Positions 1 to 14,006 of a stretch of 64,000 nt of DNA are shown here, piece after piece. Where the stretch lies: NCBI GenBank assembly GCA_951406725.2, contig OX597820.1, forward strand, positions 63,674,001 to 63,738,000, in the 5' to 3' direction. How positions within the stretch are numbered: the stretch's first letter is position 1; each line of letters begins with the position of its first letter. The notes under the pieces were generated by a model. The model had not been told where the DNA came from. It saw nothing but the letters and a program-made list of their open reading frames with translations, and did not search any database. The position numbers were made by a program, and so were the translations under genes. This DNA comes from Octopus vulgaris. Lineage: Eukaryota.

Positions 1-1351
1 ATAGTCATATCCGATAACCTGTACCCAACGATGAGCATCGAAGAGTAAATTCCAGGGATAATACCCGGATGAAATTTCTGTGCATACATACATACATGCA
101 TACATACATATATGTATGCATATATATGTAGCAATTCCATTCGGATGCTATACTTTTTTTGTCATCGTATATAGCATGAAAATATTTACATGCACACACA
201 CACACACGCACGCACGCACACATATGCAAATACACACGCACATACACAGTCACACGCACGCACACAAAATGGAATAGTATCTGAGAAAAGTATTTACACT
301 TTTATCAAAATAAACTACCGGTTTCAATTATTTAACAACTATTCATGCAATAAAAAAATCGAACGTAGATTGAATCAAATTATATATACCTTTCAGACTG
401 GGGCTTTGAAAGTTCACGCGTTTTTTAATTAATATTTACATGCTGGTCGTGGCAGGCCACTTTATGATACGTACAAAGTCAGAATATCAACAGTAACATT
501 ATGGACATTGACATCGGTTTATTGTTCCTACTCGGAGCAACAGAAGCCTTGGTAGTGTTGATATTCAGGTGTCGTTCGTAATAGTAGAGAACGTGTATGT
601 TGATGGTCGAATTTTTATTAGCACCAATGGCAGGAGTCAAAGAAGTGATGTTGATATCCGCTTCATTAGCAAAAGTAGAAGTTGCATTAGTGACTGAAAA
701 AAATAATCACATTAGTAATGATGGAAATGGTAGGAACTCACAGTATAGTATTAACAGTCCTTCTCCCTCTTTTAGTAACGACAAAGGTGTTAGTACCCGT
801 AGCCCGTAGCACATTAATAATTGCAGCAGTGTCTGTAGTGGTAGCACCAGCAATTTCACCAGTAGCACTAGTATTTGTAGCATAAGGAATAGTCATTTTT
901 TCATTGCCCGCCTGCTTAAGAGTGGTAAGTATTTCGTTACAAAAGTAGTTTCTTTGTTATGCGATGCTATTGCAATGTGCCATCGGCAAATTCACACACG
1001 GGAAAAGGGGTAAAATTTGGCTCTTTCTTACGTTCGAATGCAAAAACATCACGGATTTTCACTATTCCTTAAAGGCATACCAGGTATTTTACACAACAAT
1101 GTCACAGAGATCTAGTTACAGTGGGGATCAAACAATTAGCATCTAAACAAGTGGAAAAATTAATTTGCTTATGTCTACCTTTGATACTTTCTCATTCAAT
1201 GAACAATGACACTCAGACACACTTATATATATTACTGGTTTCTGTCCATGTTTCGCATATAAAACTTCATACAAATTCCAAGTTACTTTCTTAGTTCAGT
1301 TTGCTTAACATATAAGTGTGTGTGTGCCTGTACGAGTATATTCATAGATAG

Positions 1352-1403
<52 letters not shown>

Positions 1404-1619
1404 GTACATGCATATATCTCTATATAAGCAGGTAAATGTGCGTGCGTGTGTGTTTGTAATAATTTGTGCTGTATGGTACTTGACATAATAGAAATTGTCT
1501 ATGTTAAAATTCATACTACTGGGCACTGAGTTGTTGCTCTTAGCTGTTTTATTCACAAACAAACACTTATATATATATATAAATATACATTTACACACAC
1601 ATACATATATATGTTCATT

Positions 1620-1673
<54 letters not shown>

Positions 1674-2310
1674 ATATACATATATACATACGTACGTACA
1701 TACATATGTATATTCCTATACATATATTCACGGATATATGTATTTTGTGTCTGTGTCGGAATGTGGGTATCATGTCAACAAAACCAGACAAATGTTATCC
1801 AATATCAACGACATTCTAATAGTCTGTTTTGAATTCTGTAAGTATACATTGCTGTGAAGAAAATCGGTAATTTATGTATATTTTCAAGAAATCTCCCTAG
1901 GTGTTCAGAATTATTTCCTATATATAAATTTGAATCGCTTGCTTTACTATTTATTTAACATTCATCTTTTTCTGCAGTCTACATGTTACGTCTGTTGAAT
2001 TACCTACTTTAACTTTGCCACTTACAGTAATTTCAAGGTTGAAATCAACGAATGTTTTGGTTGAGAGTTTTACTAATGTTGTTTAGTGCTGATGACATTT
2101 TGGGGCAGTCAAGACTATAGATAATGGTGTTGATATATCACAATTTATCGTGGTAAGGTTATTAAGATTTAAGGATTTTTTTCTTTTCAGCTTTGGGCTG
2201 CTACCATGACTTCGTCCAAAAGTGATATTATTTCTTTATTACCTATCCGTATGTTAATATTTACGACCTAATAATTAGGGTAGTGGGTAGAGATTTTCTT
2301 CACTACTTCA

Positions 2311-2698
2311 GGGAGTGACGACCCTGCCTGAGACGAGTCCTGGGCTCAGCTGGCTGCGGATGATCATACCCGGTATGGACCCGTATCCAGGGTTACGGAA
2401 AGGAGAACACCTTCAAAGAAATCCGGAGTGGAACCCCGTAGGTGGTTTAGTGTTCGACTCAACACTCTCCGGCAGCTCCTTCAAAGAAGCTGGTGCCAAA
2501 TGTAATGCTCTGCACTCCTTCTGATTACGTCCGCTAGGTTGAGAGAGGAATCCTGATCATTGGGCTACCCAGGATTTTCTTACATCTAGCCCAGGCCTGC
2601 GCAAGACTGGAGAGGAAATGAAATGTAAAAACCAGACTGTATTAGTTTATGCGCAACTCCATTGTCTCCTGAGACAAAAGGATGCCAACAACGACAAG
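2311..2698 (+). mobile_element. GC-rich non-autonomous retroelement fragment resembling an RTE-clade LINE 5' UTR
   Basis: GC-rich island with motifs gaaatccggagtggaacccc and ctccggcagctcc...aagctggtgccaaa that I recall from RTE 5' UTRs; ends in short caacaacgacaa tail; no coding domain. Confidence 0.35.
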
Positions 2699-2974
2699 TA
2701 GTTAGGGTGTTACACTCACTATGGTGAGGTAGTGCATTCAATTTCTAGACTGGTTGGTGCGTTATTCTCTTAGGTAATTCACTTCATCTCACGTTTGTTT
2801 GCAATCACTTTCACACTCGAAGTGTGGTACATCACACATTCCTTCAGGCAACGTCGATTTGTTGGAGGGAGTGAACTAATGTACAGCACATATTTTGATC
2901 ACTATAAACAAATCATTTGAGTAGGTCGTCCGGCACAAAGCTGAGTACCCATACGTTGAAAAACCGGTCTAAAT

Positions 2975-3137
2975 GCCTCTAGCATTTACGTTCTGAAACC
3001 AGATTCCGCCCAGGTCGCCTTTACCTTTCATCCTTTTGAGGTCTATAAAATAAGTACCAGTTGAAGACAACGGTTGATGTAACCGACTTGCCCTCTCCCC
3101 CGAAGTTGATGGTCATGTGCTAAAATTTGAAACCAAT
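2975..3137 (+). mobile_element. SINE family B, 3' part
   Basis: Matches 22162-22396 (ttccgcccaggtcgcctttacctttcatcctttt...aataagtaccag). Confidence 0.65.
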
Positions 3138-3139
3138 AT

Positions 3140-4100
3140 GAAGTTAGAAATGTATTTTATAGCATGCAGGATTATGGACATTTGCTATTATTCGTAATAT
3201 TGGAGCAGTCTTTAAGAAAATCTGCAACTTTTAATAACAGAGGTCTATTTATAGATGAATAATAATCAGTTATGATAAATTGGATAAAAGAGGATTTTCG
3301 TTTATCCTGAATGATTCAAGACCAATTTATTACAATTTTTTTTTTGTTTTAAAGTGTTAATCTCAAAGATTTTCTGGATGTTGTTGGTGAATTTGCCTCG
3401 GATGTCATTACAAATTGTTGCTTCATTTGGCCATACGTGCCTAATTATGGGATTATTCATACGTTGTATTTCATTTCCTAAATTGTTACTGATGTTGTTT
3501 TATTTCATTGTTGGAATTTCTACTCTTTCATCTACGTTAAGTCACGCGGCTCTCTTGGTAATCTCGTTATTAATGGAGTTTAATATATAATTGGTTGTCT
3601 TCTTTTATAATTGTTAACAACGTTGTCTTGGCAGGGTATTATAATGTTATTATAGTATAGTTCATACGTCTTCCTTATTTTGTATGTTTTCATAAATATG
3701 TTGTTTGATTCCTTTGTATTCTCTAACATTTTCTCCCGGGAGGTATTATTTACTTTCTTTCTTCACCATTTTAAAGTTGTACTTTACGAAATGTTGCTAG
3801 GCGGGCACATTTTGTCCTAAAGCCGATCTTAAATTCTCTTTGTTCTTAATCAGTTTTGCTGAAAAGAGAACTTTCCACTGCATTCTGTTACATAGTGTTA
3901 AGAGATCTATGTAGTATATTAAGAATTTATCAAAAATGTTTCTGTATTCTTATAACTATAGTTTTAGTAGACACATCGATCGGGAGGTTGTTCATTATTT
4001 AGCCGCCAAGCTTAAAATACAAAGAGGACATCATTTGCCTGGGTGCAATGTGATATGAATTTAAGCCATTGAAGAATATGTTGAGTGCTTAAAACATACT
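3140..4100 (-). pseudogene. Decayed Penelope-like element RT, N-terminal half (second PLE family)
   Basis: Frameshifted minus-strand translation gives IQDKRKSSFIQF...SINRPLLLKVADFLKDCSNITN, resembling the PLE FIQFDIxxFYPSI region; many stops and indels. Confidence 0.5.
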
Positions 4101-4423
4101 GTATTCGTATCACAAGAAGTCCAAATTGCGAAAGGTGTTATACTTATAGACATGCATATTTATATACAAACACACACACACACACACAAATATACATTAC
4201 CATAACTATTTAAAAAATATATATTATCGATGTATGAATGTTATCTTCAAGATAGTCTGAGATATATTGAGATGAATATAATTAAATCAAAATTATTTAT
4301 CTAATTATAGTGAAAACAAAATGACATATGCGTATACATGACAATGAATACATCTAATTATCTACCTATCAATATACATGTATTACACACATACATACAC
4401 ACACACGTACACACAAACAAACA

Positions 4424-4479
<56 letters not shown>

Positions 4480-4641
4480 TATGCATCTATATATACAAAC
4501 ATATATATATACATATATATGTTAATTATATATATATATGGATATATACAACTATATATATGTATATATTAATTATATATATATAGATATGTACAACTAT
4601 ATATATATATATTTATATTAATTATATATATATGGATATAT

Positions 4642-4681
<40 letters not shown>

Positions 4682-4703
4682 CCATATATATATATATATA
4701 TAT

Positions 4704-4746
<43 letters not shown>

Positions 4747-5183
4747 CGTATGCATAGTTATGTACGTTTCTGTGCTTTCATATACACATGTATATAAGCG
4801 TGTACACCTAGATAAAATTATCTGTATATTCAAGTCTATATATGTAAACGTACGCACAAATACTAATTAATTTTTTCGTCTATTTCTATTAAATTTCTTT
4901 CCTTGCTGATGGAGTGTGTATATAGCAAAGCAGAAGATAAACAATTTCAAGAGGGGGTGCTTTACAATGTACAATTCTTACTACAATAGAACTGCATCAT
5001 TGTGGAATTTGAGTAGGACATAAGTATTTTGTCATTAGTGAACTACAATCTTTGAGAAAAAAAAATTAAAACTTTCATTTTACAATGCTTCAGCGTATTC
5101 TTACACATATATACGCATGGTCCCCACTCATGTACACGCATCGATATCTACGTACACTCACACATACAAATACACAGACACGG

Positions 5184-5222
<39 letters not shown>

Positions 5223-5275
5223 TAGATAGATAGATAGATAGATATACATACATACACACACACACACACACATAT

Positions 5276-5321
<46 letters not shown>

Positions 5322-5354
5322 GTAATATAATATTTGACAATTATTCGGTTACCA

Positions 5355-5418
5355 TAATAAAACTCCGAGTTTCGGATGTCGCGGGGGGGAATCTGCTCCG
5401 GCATTTCGTCAGGTATTA
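5355..5418 (-). ncRNA. Degenerate type I hammerhead ribozyme motif
   Basis: Minus strand: taatac-CTGACGA-aatgccg...cgacatcc-GAAA-ctcggag-TT-ttatta; intact CUGANGA and GAAA cores, stem III ACTC/GAGT, imperfect stems I and II. Confidence 0.55.
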
Positions 5419-5519
5419 AAACAAACAATAATGCTATGAAATTAGTCGTTAAAGAAGGGGAAGTTACGATGTAAATCTCTGTTATTAAGACAAGCAAAAG
5501 AGCTATTGCAATGATCGTT

Positions 5520-5770
5520 AAAGGGAAAAATCCCGAAGGGGAGAATTATAGACATTTTCCAATTAATCATAGTTACAGAGATCCCTTCAATAGATAAAAA
5601 TTAAAAATCAGTTTTAGCCCAACTATTAATCTTTAAAATATAATCGCACACAATATACAATAACAACAACATGAAACCAGCTCTTCATGCAGAGATAAAA
5701 AATTTGTGCCAGCTAAATAGATCTTTCAAGTCCAAAACCATAATTTATGAAGCCACTGTAGATTTTACAA
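5520..5770 (+). pseudogene. PLE fragment (RT thumb to start of GIY-YIG)
   Basis: Frameshifted translation ...FPINHSYRDPFNR*KLKISFSPTINL*NIIAHN...KSKTIIYEATV resembles PLE FNRxxxKxSYS...IVYxATV region. Confidence 0.5.
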
Positions 5771-5849
5771 CCACCAAGGAGATAGTTTCGTCAAAGACAT
5801 GATGATGATGATGATAACAGCAACAACAGTAAGAATAAGTGATATGACC

Positions 5850-6100
5850 ACAAGGTGTAGAATATGTTAGAGATTTAATATATGACGATCCTATGGGATC
5901 GTAGAATGCAAAGAGATAAGATCATGGAACACTTTCCGCCATACATCGTTATCTTTAACAAAACATCTCATGAATGTGTAAGGGTGGATATAGAGTGCCT
6001 CTTTGGTACCAGAATGAAAGAGAAAGAACAGGAAAAGCTTAATAAGTATAATACTCTGAGATACAAGATAGGGCGAGTGTGGAATTGTTCGCCTTCTGGG
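5850..6100 (+). pseudogene. Old non-LTR retrotransposon fragment, restriction-like endonuclease region (Dong/R4-like)
   Basis: ORF 5882: TILWD...PYIVIFNK...VDIECLF...EQEKLNKYNTLRYKIGRVW parallels ILWD..PDIVV..IDVSIP..EKLSKY at 41261-41921. Confidence 0.7.
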
Positions 6101-6329
6101 GCCCCGACCTGGAGCTGGAGCATTGTCTTCGGGAGGCATACGGCCTGGTTGGGGAGAAAGGATAAAGTGGCTTTAGTGCCTAAATGTTTGTGATTGTGTG
6201 TAAGAGGCTCAGCGCCTCAATTTGTAATGGACTATTAATTCCAGTAATTTTATAACTGAAGTAAGAGGTTTAATACCTCGTTTTTTTTTGTTTTGAAAAC
6301 AAAAGAACAATGTTTTAGAGAAGCAGAAG

Positions 6330-7100
6330 ATCGGCGGACGAGTTTGCTCCTCTCCTAAGTATCATAAGTTCGTTTATCATTTCATCCCATTAATGTAATG
6401 TCCAGCTCGCAGCTACATCTGTGTAATGCCCTTGTGGCAAATTATATGAATAAGATAATGAGATTGTAAGAGTGAACAGGTAATACCAGTCGTCATCAAC
6501 GAGTTATGTACCATAAGCGCAAATTTTGAAAAATTCGAAGAAAGTTTTGGCTGTTCCAACGATTCTGACAGGTCGCTGTTCTTACAGCAATATTAATGTC
6601 CCCTGACAAGCGCATTTGTGCGTGGTTGTACAGATAGCCGTTGCTGCTTAAGTCTATCACAATACGTCTCGTATTGCTTTGAGAAATAATGATCGAGACA
6701 GTAACTAGATAACTGATAGAACTTGTGTTCATGTGAAAATCACTGAAGATACTGCCCAGTCATAGTAAAACACATACTTCGCTCCAGTTTTCAACTGACC
6801 AGAGTACAATGCCTGCTCTTTAATGCTGTCCATTCGTTTGGCCACAGTGTCCATCATACTCCAATACAGTGTCATAATTTTCTTATACTGTGATTGTTGA
6901 TGCGTAGAGATTGGAGAGAAAGTGACATCTGTAGAGATTCCCGGACGTTGAATATCTGTGGTAGCCGTCTGCTGACGGTTGTCAGAAAAAGGTTTGAATT
7001 GATCAAATTTAATAAATTCGCACAGAAGCTAAATATGTTATCTACGCCGTTTATGACGTTTGGTGTGTGGCGGATCGTATGTTGGACATATCGGCCGTTA
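6330..7100 (-). pseudogene. Possible decayed hAT transposase C-terminal region
   Basis: Minus-strand pieces LYWSMMDTVAKRMD and INIAVRTATCQNRWNSQNFLRIFQNLR resemble the hAT dimerisation motif (PVTTATCERSFSxLKRIKxxLR); frameshifted. Confidence 0.4.
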
Positions 7101-7649
7101 ATCACACACTTCTGAGTTTTATATTAACTACCAACGACAAGCTTCAATAACTTCATATGCACCATGTGTAAATCATAAATCTTCATTATAAAGAATTAGA
7201 ACCGACAATTAATTGTTGATTAGGCCCCTCTTATTTATTTTCTAATAATGCTGTATGGAAAATCAAAACCGAAAAACACAGGTTTCATTATTTTCTTTAG
7301 ACTATAATAATTTTCAATCTAAAAGAAATGTGAGGAATATTTTGCTTTAAAAAGTGTTTAATTAATATATTCTACTAGAAAATTTCTAGAGAATGAAATA
7401 ATTCAATAGGTGATCAGTACTGAATAGAAATTATAAGAATTTCCTAATAAACAACAAAAATGAATATGTGTATTCTATTTTCTTTGTAATCCTTTCAGTT
7501 CAAATTTGAATTACTAATCCGGTCTAATAATATGAAGAAATGATTATCTCCCTTGTAATAGTTTCTCACTAAGGTAAGGCACATTCTCATAATCATATTG
7601 ATGTTAAAGAGAGGATGCTCTTTTCTTGTTTGAATATCATATGTAAAAT

Positions 7650-7830
7650 GGAGGTGAGTAGTTTAGTGAATACAGTGGTGCATTCGTGATCGTAAGAGTG
7701 TGGTTTCGATTCCTGAACAGGGCGGTGTGCTGTGAATTCTTCACTTCTTTTCATTTTGAACCAGTCGACCTAGGTGACAAAAACGAATAACCTTGTGACG
7801 GATCGATGACCTGTAGAAGGGGTAATATGT
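7650..7830 (+). mobile_element. Decayed tRNA-headed SINE (family D, related to 34032-34350)
   Basis: B-box-like ggtttcgattcc followed by gcggtgtgctgtg...ccagtcgacc, similar to the reverse complement of 34200-34350. Confidence 0.4.
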
Positions 7831-8199
7831 ATACTATAAAATTCAGGAAGCATACCTTATGAACCAATACCTCGGAAAGGACCTTTAAGCCATTTTGATC
7901 AAATAGAAATGAAAATACAGAATATCCGCTCAAAAATATTCAATATATTTGACTTAACGGTAAAAGAAGCTTCCTTGTACTGGTCAAGCAAATCATGGAG
8001 AAAACTGGCTAATAAAACTTAGCTAATAAACTAAATTCCGTTCCTAACCTAAACTGCATATTAGGTGTAAACCCTGCAAACCAAATCTTCCTTTCCAACC
8101 GTGTCCAATTCGAAGTAAATTTACTGAAGGATATAAATTTACAAAACAAATTCACCTTCTGGATGTTTAAGAAGTCTTTAGCCCTTATAAATGTGCATA

Positions 8200-8365
8200 A
8201 TGATTGTCCGCCTTATCACTTAGTAGTGAAACCTAAAGCAACCTAGGGTGAATCTTGTTTCGTCAGAGCAACGAAAGAGGGGAAAACTGTATGGCATTCA
8301 CTTGTAGAGATACAATCGCAATGGCGGTACAACGGGCGATGCCTAATCTGTTGACAGCGCTATTA
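8200..8365 (+). pseudogene. Possible CRE-like non-LTR C-terminal fragment
   Basis: Translates to CRDTIAMAVQR, similar to the C-terminal QRISIAVQRGNA motif of CRE-clade elements; short and frameshifted. Confidence 0.25.
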
Positions 8366-8660
8366 TGACAAAGAAAGTTTGGAACTTGTCCGTAATTCAT
8401 GCGTTTAAAACTTTCCGGATGGGGTGCATTGGTTGATGTTCACCGTAGTCTTGGTTACAAAACCGGCTTTAGAATAAATAGGAGGAGGAGTGGAAGAGAA
8501 TGGGGAGGACGAGAAAAAGAAGACGAAGAAGAAGAAGAAGAAGAAGATAATTATGATGATGATGATGATGATGAACGAGAAGTAGGAGAAAAGAGAATTA
8601 CAAAACATGAAAAACTGTAAAGATGTATGTATGTATCTATCTATACGCACACACATACAC

Positions 8661-8691
<31 letters not shown>

Positions 8692-8758
8692 TATGTATGT
8701 ATATATATACATATATATATGTATATATATATATATATATACATATATATGTATATAT

Positions 8759-8823
<65 letters not shown>

Positions 8824-9235
8824 TATATTTATATATGAATATTTCATCGAATATTAACAAAGAATTTTTATTAATTGCTTTTGTTATCCTTTCAGTTTGG
8901 CAAAGTTGATATTCACCGAATGATGAATGAAAGAAATACAATAACAAACCATATACTTCTCTCTTTTCATTCACCATCACCTCTTCACACCATCGTTTCA
9001 CATACATAAAACTGCGCTCGCAAGCATACCTACGTTTTGTCTGTGTTGCTCTGTATAACTTTGTGGGTGCCCGAATTTGGCACATGCACAACTAATACAC
9101 GCTTTAGAGTACTTATCTCTTGAATTGTGTCTATCTCTCTGCCAATCTGTGTCTCTTTCTATCTCTCTCTCTCTCTTTATATATATATAAAAGGCTCTCT
9201 CTCTCTCATTTCTCTCTCTCTCTCTCTCGTATAGT

Positions 9236-9277
<42 letters not shown>

Positions 9278-9328
9278 GTATATATATATATATATGTACA
9301 TATATATGCATATATGCATCCAATTGTT

Positions 9329-9384
<56 letters not shown>

Positions 9385-9511
9385 CATTTCTTTCAATCGA
9401 TTGCTCTTATTTTTCATACTCAATCTCTCCTTCTCGTGCGTATACTTCTACACATGATCACAAACAACCCTCCTATATATCACTCCCCTCCTTCTGCATC
9501 TCATCCTCTCC

Positions 9512-9553
<42 letters not shown>

Positions 9554-10859
9554 TTCTTTCTTTCTCTGTCGGATTCTCTCACTATCTCTTTCTCTTTCTG
9601 TTCGAGGATGATATTGCCTTCTTGATACACACACACACACGCACACACACACACGCACACACACACATACACACACACACACACACAAAATCACACACAA
9701 AAACTCTCACACGCACACACACACATAAATCTGTCTCCAGGTCAGTCTGATTTCTCAATCTCGAACGAACACATGCATGCAAGACCTCATACATCTACGC
9801 ACGTTTACAGGCATACACAAATCACATCTCTCTTTCCTTCACTCTTTCTCTCCCCCCTCTCTCTCTCTCCTCTCAATTTTTCAAGTTCCATATATATTAT
9901 ACACGCTAATATACACACATATGCAAGCATATAAATACATACGGACATACACTCACATACATAGATATACAAGCATATACACTTACATGTAAGAATATAA
10001 TTCCATACGGACATACACTCATATACATAGATATACGAGCATATACACATACATAAATAAATACATTCACAAACATGTATGCATACATGTAGCTATATAT
10101 ATATATATACATATACATACATACGTACATGCACACATATATATATATGCATACATAGAAATGTACATGCACATATTAATACAAACATGTACACTCGCAT
10201 ACAAAGGCATAAGTGCATGAAAGAAAGAAAGAAAGAAAGATAAGAAGAGAGATGTAACACAAGAAGGAAAGAAAGTAAGAAAGAAAGGAAGAAAGAAGGG
10301 TGGAATTAAATGAACGAATAAATGAATAGATGAATATAGCAATAGAATAGGAATGACTGAAACGGAATGGAATGGAATGGAACGGAATGGAAACGGTGGC
10401 TGAAATGAAGTGACATGACATAAAAATGATAACGAAATGAAATATGAAGTCACTAACAGCAAAAACAACAACAGGGTGCACGATGATGAGATCAGGCGGT
10501 TAGGAGAGAAGCGAGAGGTAATGAAAGAAAGATGGAGATGATTTGTCTGAGTAAACGTCAGCAACAATTGATGTATTGTAAATGATGGGAGACAAACTGT
10601 TTCTGTTAAATTTTCGAAATGGTTAGTTCCTTGGTGTTAGTCTTAATGGTGTGGTGATTGTCTGTGGGAGTAACGAAGTGAAGGTTACTTTAACAATAAT
10701 ATATAGACCTCCGGGCCAATCAATGCACTGGGCTATATTTAATTACTGGTATACATTTACTGGGAACTGTCGACCGTGCGGTTGTTTTAAAGCCTCGAGT
10801 AACCGACCATTGAGCATTTGCCTTTAACCAGCACTGGTGATAGATGGTCTAAGTTGTAA

Positions 10860-11640
10860 TGTCAGATAGTTGTTATGATGTATGGTATTTGTTGTGATGG
10901 CTGATGTTTTTTTTGTGGTAGTTTTTTAGCTGTTGTGGGGTTCTTGTAATGGGTGGTAGCTGTTGTGACGGCTGTTCGTGGTTTGGACGGCTAGTGGTTG
11001 TTCTGATGACAGCCACCCATTGTGATGTTTGCTGGTTGTTTTGATGGTTTGTAGCTGTTGTGACCGAGGGTGGTTCAGATGGTTGTTGATCGATCTGATA
11101 GTTTGCAGTTGTTCTAATCTTCTGATGTTTGTTAGTTATTGTGACGTCTGGTGATTTTTGTGATGGTTGTGATGGTTGTTGTTATTTCTGATTGGTTGAT
11201 ATTTGTTGTGATGTTTGATAGCTGTTGTGAAGGTTGTTTGTGATTCTGATGGTCGTTGGTGGTTCTGATGGTTAGTGGTTGTCTGATGAATGTTCTGATG
11301 CATAGTATTTCCTGTGATGGTTCTCCTATTTGATGGTTGTTCTGATGGATTATGGTCTTTCTGGCGGTTGGTAGTTGTAGTGATGGTCCGTGATGTTGTG
11401 ATTGTTCATAGTTATTTTGTTGGTTTGTGTTTCTTGTAATGACTAATATTGATGCCATATTTGGAGACAGTTGTGAATCTCGGTAGACAGTGTGATGGCA
11501 GGCAGTTGTTATGCTGGCTGGCGATTGTTGTGATCTTTCGTGCTATTGTGTTTGCGAAAGCGGTTGTGATGTTTAAAGCTTGTTTTCATAGTTGATATTA
11601 ATGATGGTGATTGTTGTAATGGAAGCAGTTATCGTGACGC
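10860..11640. repeat. Degenerate GT-rich low-complexity repeat (tgttgtgatgg-like units)
   Basis: Recurring gttgtgatgg/gttctgatgg units over ~800 bp. Confidence 0.75.
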
Positions 11641-12892
11641 TTGCATGCATATAGACAGGTTTATATTCATATCGTAACTTTCACGTATGTGGATATATTC
11701 TTACATGTATTCGGAGGTTAAGCTAATGGTGTAGCCCTCTCTTAAGATAAGATATCGTGCAATTTGTCTATTGCAGATATATAATTATATTTGCATCGGG
11801 ATGTTTTAATTTCAGTCTCGTGAGTATACTTTAAATTTTGATACAAGAGCATGTGTTTAAGCGTGCATCATATATATATATATATAACTACACATATATC
11901 TATCTATATACATATGTGTGTGTGTGTGAGTATGTCAATATAAATGGCAATGCGTGTATATATATTGATATATTTATGCATACATGTATACATACCTACA
12001 CTCGTACATACACACATACAAGTATGTATGTATCAATTTAAATCGGAATTTTCTTAGAGATACAAATTTAAGTGGTCAGTACCATGAATTTAGACCATAA
12101 AGGCGAATAAAATTATCTTAAATGCCGTACAGGATAAATTTAGCTCTATGATTTACTGAAATTACACTCGTATCGAGAAACAAAATTCTCACTGATTGCT
12201 ACTCAATGTGAGAGTTATGGAGTTAATTACAAGAAATTAAATCTTCTCATGAATTAACATGCCTTTGAGATCACGATAATCTGTACTGCTCTCTGTATGC
12301 TAGCTATGGATGTTTATGTATATATGTTTCTGAGAGTAAAATGTTAAACAACTCATAATAGCCACATGTTAATAACATTTAAGTAGTGGCTGACAAAAGA
12401 AGGCAATAATAGGTTATATTTTATATTTTCGTGGGTAAATTAACAAAACTTATGGAAGGTAGTATGCTGTGATGTAGTCGGGTAAGATGGATCGAAAATG
12501 AAGTTTAGTTCTAAGGACTGCTTTGCATTATTGAAATTTCCATAAATGCGGACCAATATGTAAAATAGGGGTGAGAAAGGGGATATTTTATGAGTCGAAG
12601 GAATAAATAGACATGTCCAGCACAGCCTTGTCCTGCCTTTATTCTCGTCATTCATAACATTTTGAGAAGGAAACAATACAATGCAATAATGTACTAATTT
12701 AATTGGCATTATTCAAAATAAACATTTTCTTAAGAGTAATAATTCCAAATATCAATAATATTTCTCTCTCACTCTCACTCTCGCTTTCACATTCACTATC
12801 TCTCTTTCTCTCACTCTCTCAATCTCTATCTCCCTCTCTTTGTATATATATTTACAGTAGATAGATGAATAGATAGATAAATAGATACCCAC

Positions 12893-13050
12893 ACATACAC
12901 ATACATACATACATAGCTAGCTACCTACCTACATACATACATACATACACACATACATACATACATACATACATACATACATACATAAATACATACATAC
13001 ATACATACATACATACATACATACATACATACATACATACATACATACAT
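12893..13050. repeat. (CATA)n microsatellite
   Basis: Direct reading. Confidence 0.95.
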
Positions 13051-13186
13051 GCATAGAGAAACAAGATTAAATTTTAAAATGTACGGACAAAATAAATTTC
13101 AATATGTTTCTAAATAGTTTTTTTGATATAAAGATAAAAACTTATTATCTACTCGACATTTTCAGTTAACGAATTTAATTGATTTA

Positions 13187-13752
13187 CACGAGGGTTTTTC
13201 TGAAATAAATGCTAAAGTGCGCATAATTTTTATTAACAAACACTGGCCTTAGAAATTGCACATACATGTTAGCCGAGTAAATCTTCCCGCGTACAAAAGC
13301 ATTACTCATCATATACGCTATCACAATTTATGCACTTACACCATCGCACAACTTCCGAATGGTCTTGGAGAGAATTCAAGTGTGCGCTTTTCTCCCCTCT
13401 TCATTACAACCACTTTCAACACATGTGTCAAGAGTATCGTTGTTCTTGAATCCTGTGTTTCATTAGACTGAGCAGGAAGAAGCCAAAGAGTGCGAGATTT
13501 GGATTATACAAAGGACGCAGGAGGAGGGCCCTGATTAGCCCGAAGATCTGATTGTCTCATTTTCTTTCCAAGGATATGTGTAGTTCTGTATTGCCATGAC
13601 AAATGTGGGTCATGTTCAGTTTCTTGTTCGGTCTCTTCCTCTTAATGAATATTCTCTATGGTTCCCTTAGTGTTTCAGTGTGCCAGTCACATTCTCCCTC
13701 ATTTTCTCTCACTCACATTCTCCCTCTGTATGTATGTATGTATGTATGTATG

Positions 13753-13796
<44 letters not shown>

Positions 13797-13816
13797 AATG
13801 TCTTTGTCTCTCTGTC

Positions 13817-13887
<71 letters not shown>

Positions 13888-13950
13888 GACTATCTATCTA
13901 TCTGTCTAACTATGTATGTATGTATGTATGTATGTATGTATGTATGTATG

Positions 13951-14006
<56 letters not shown>

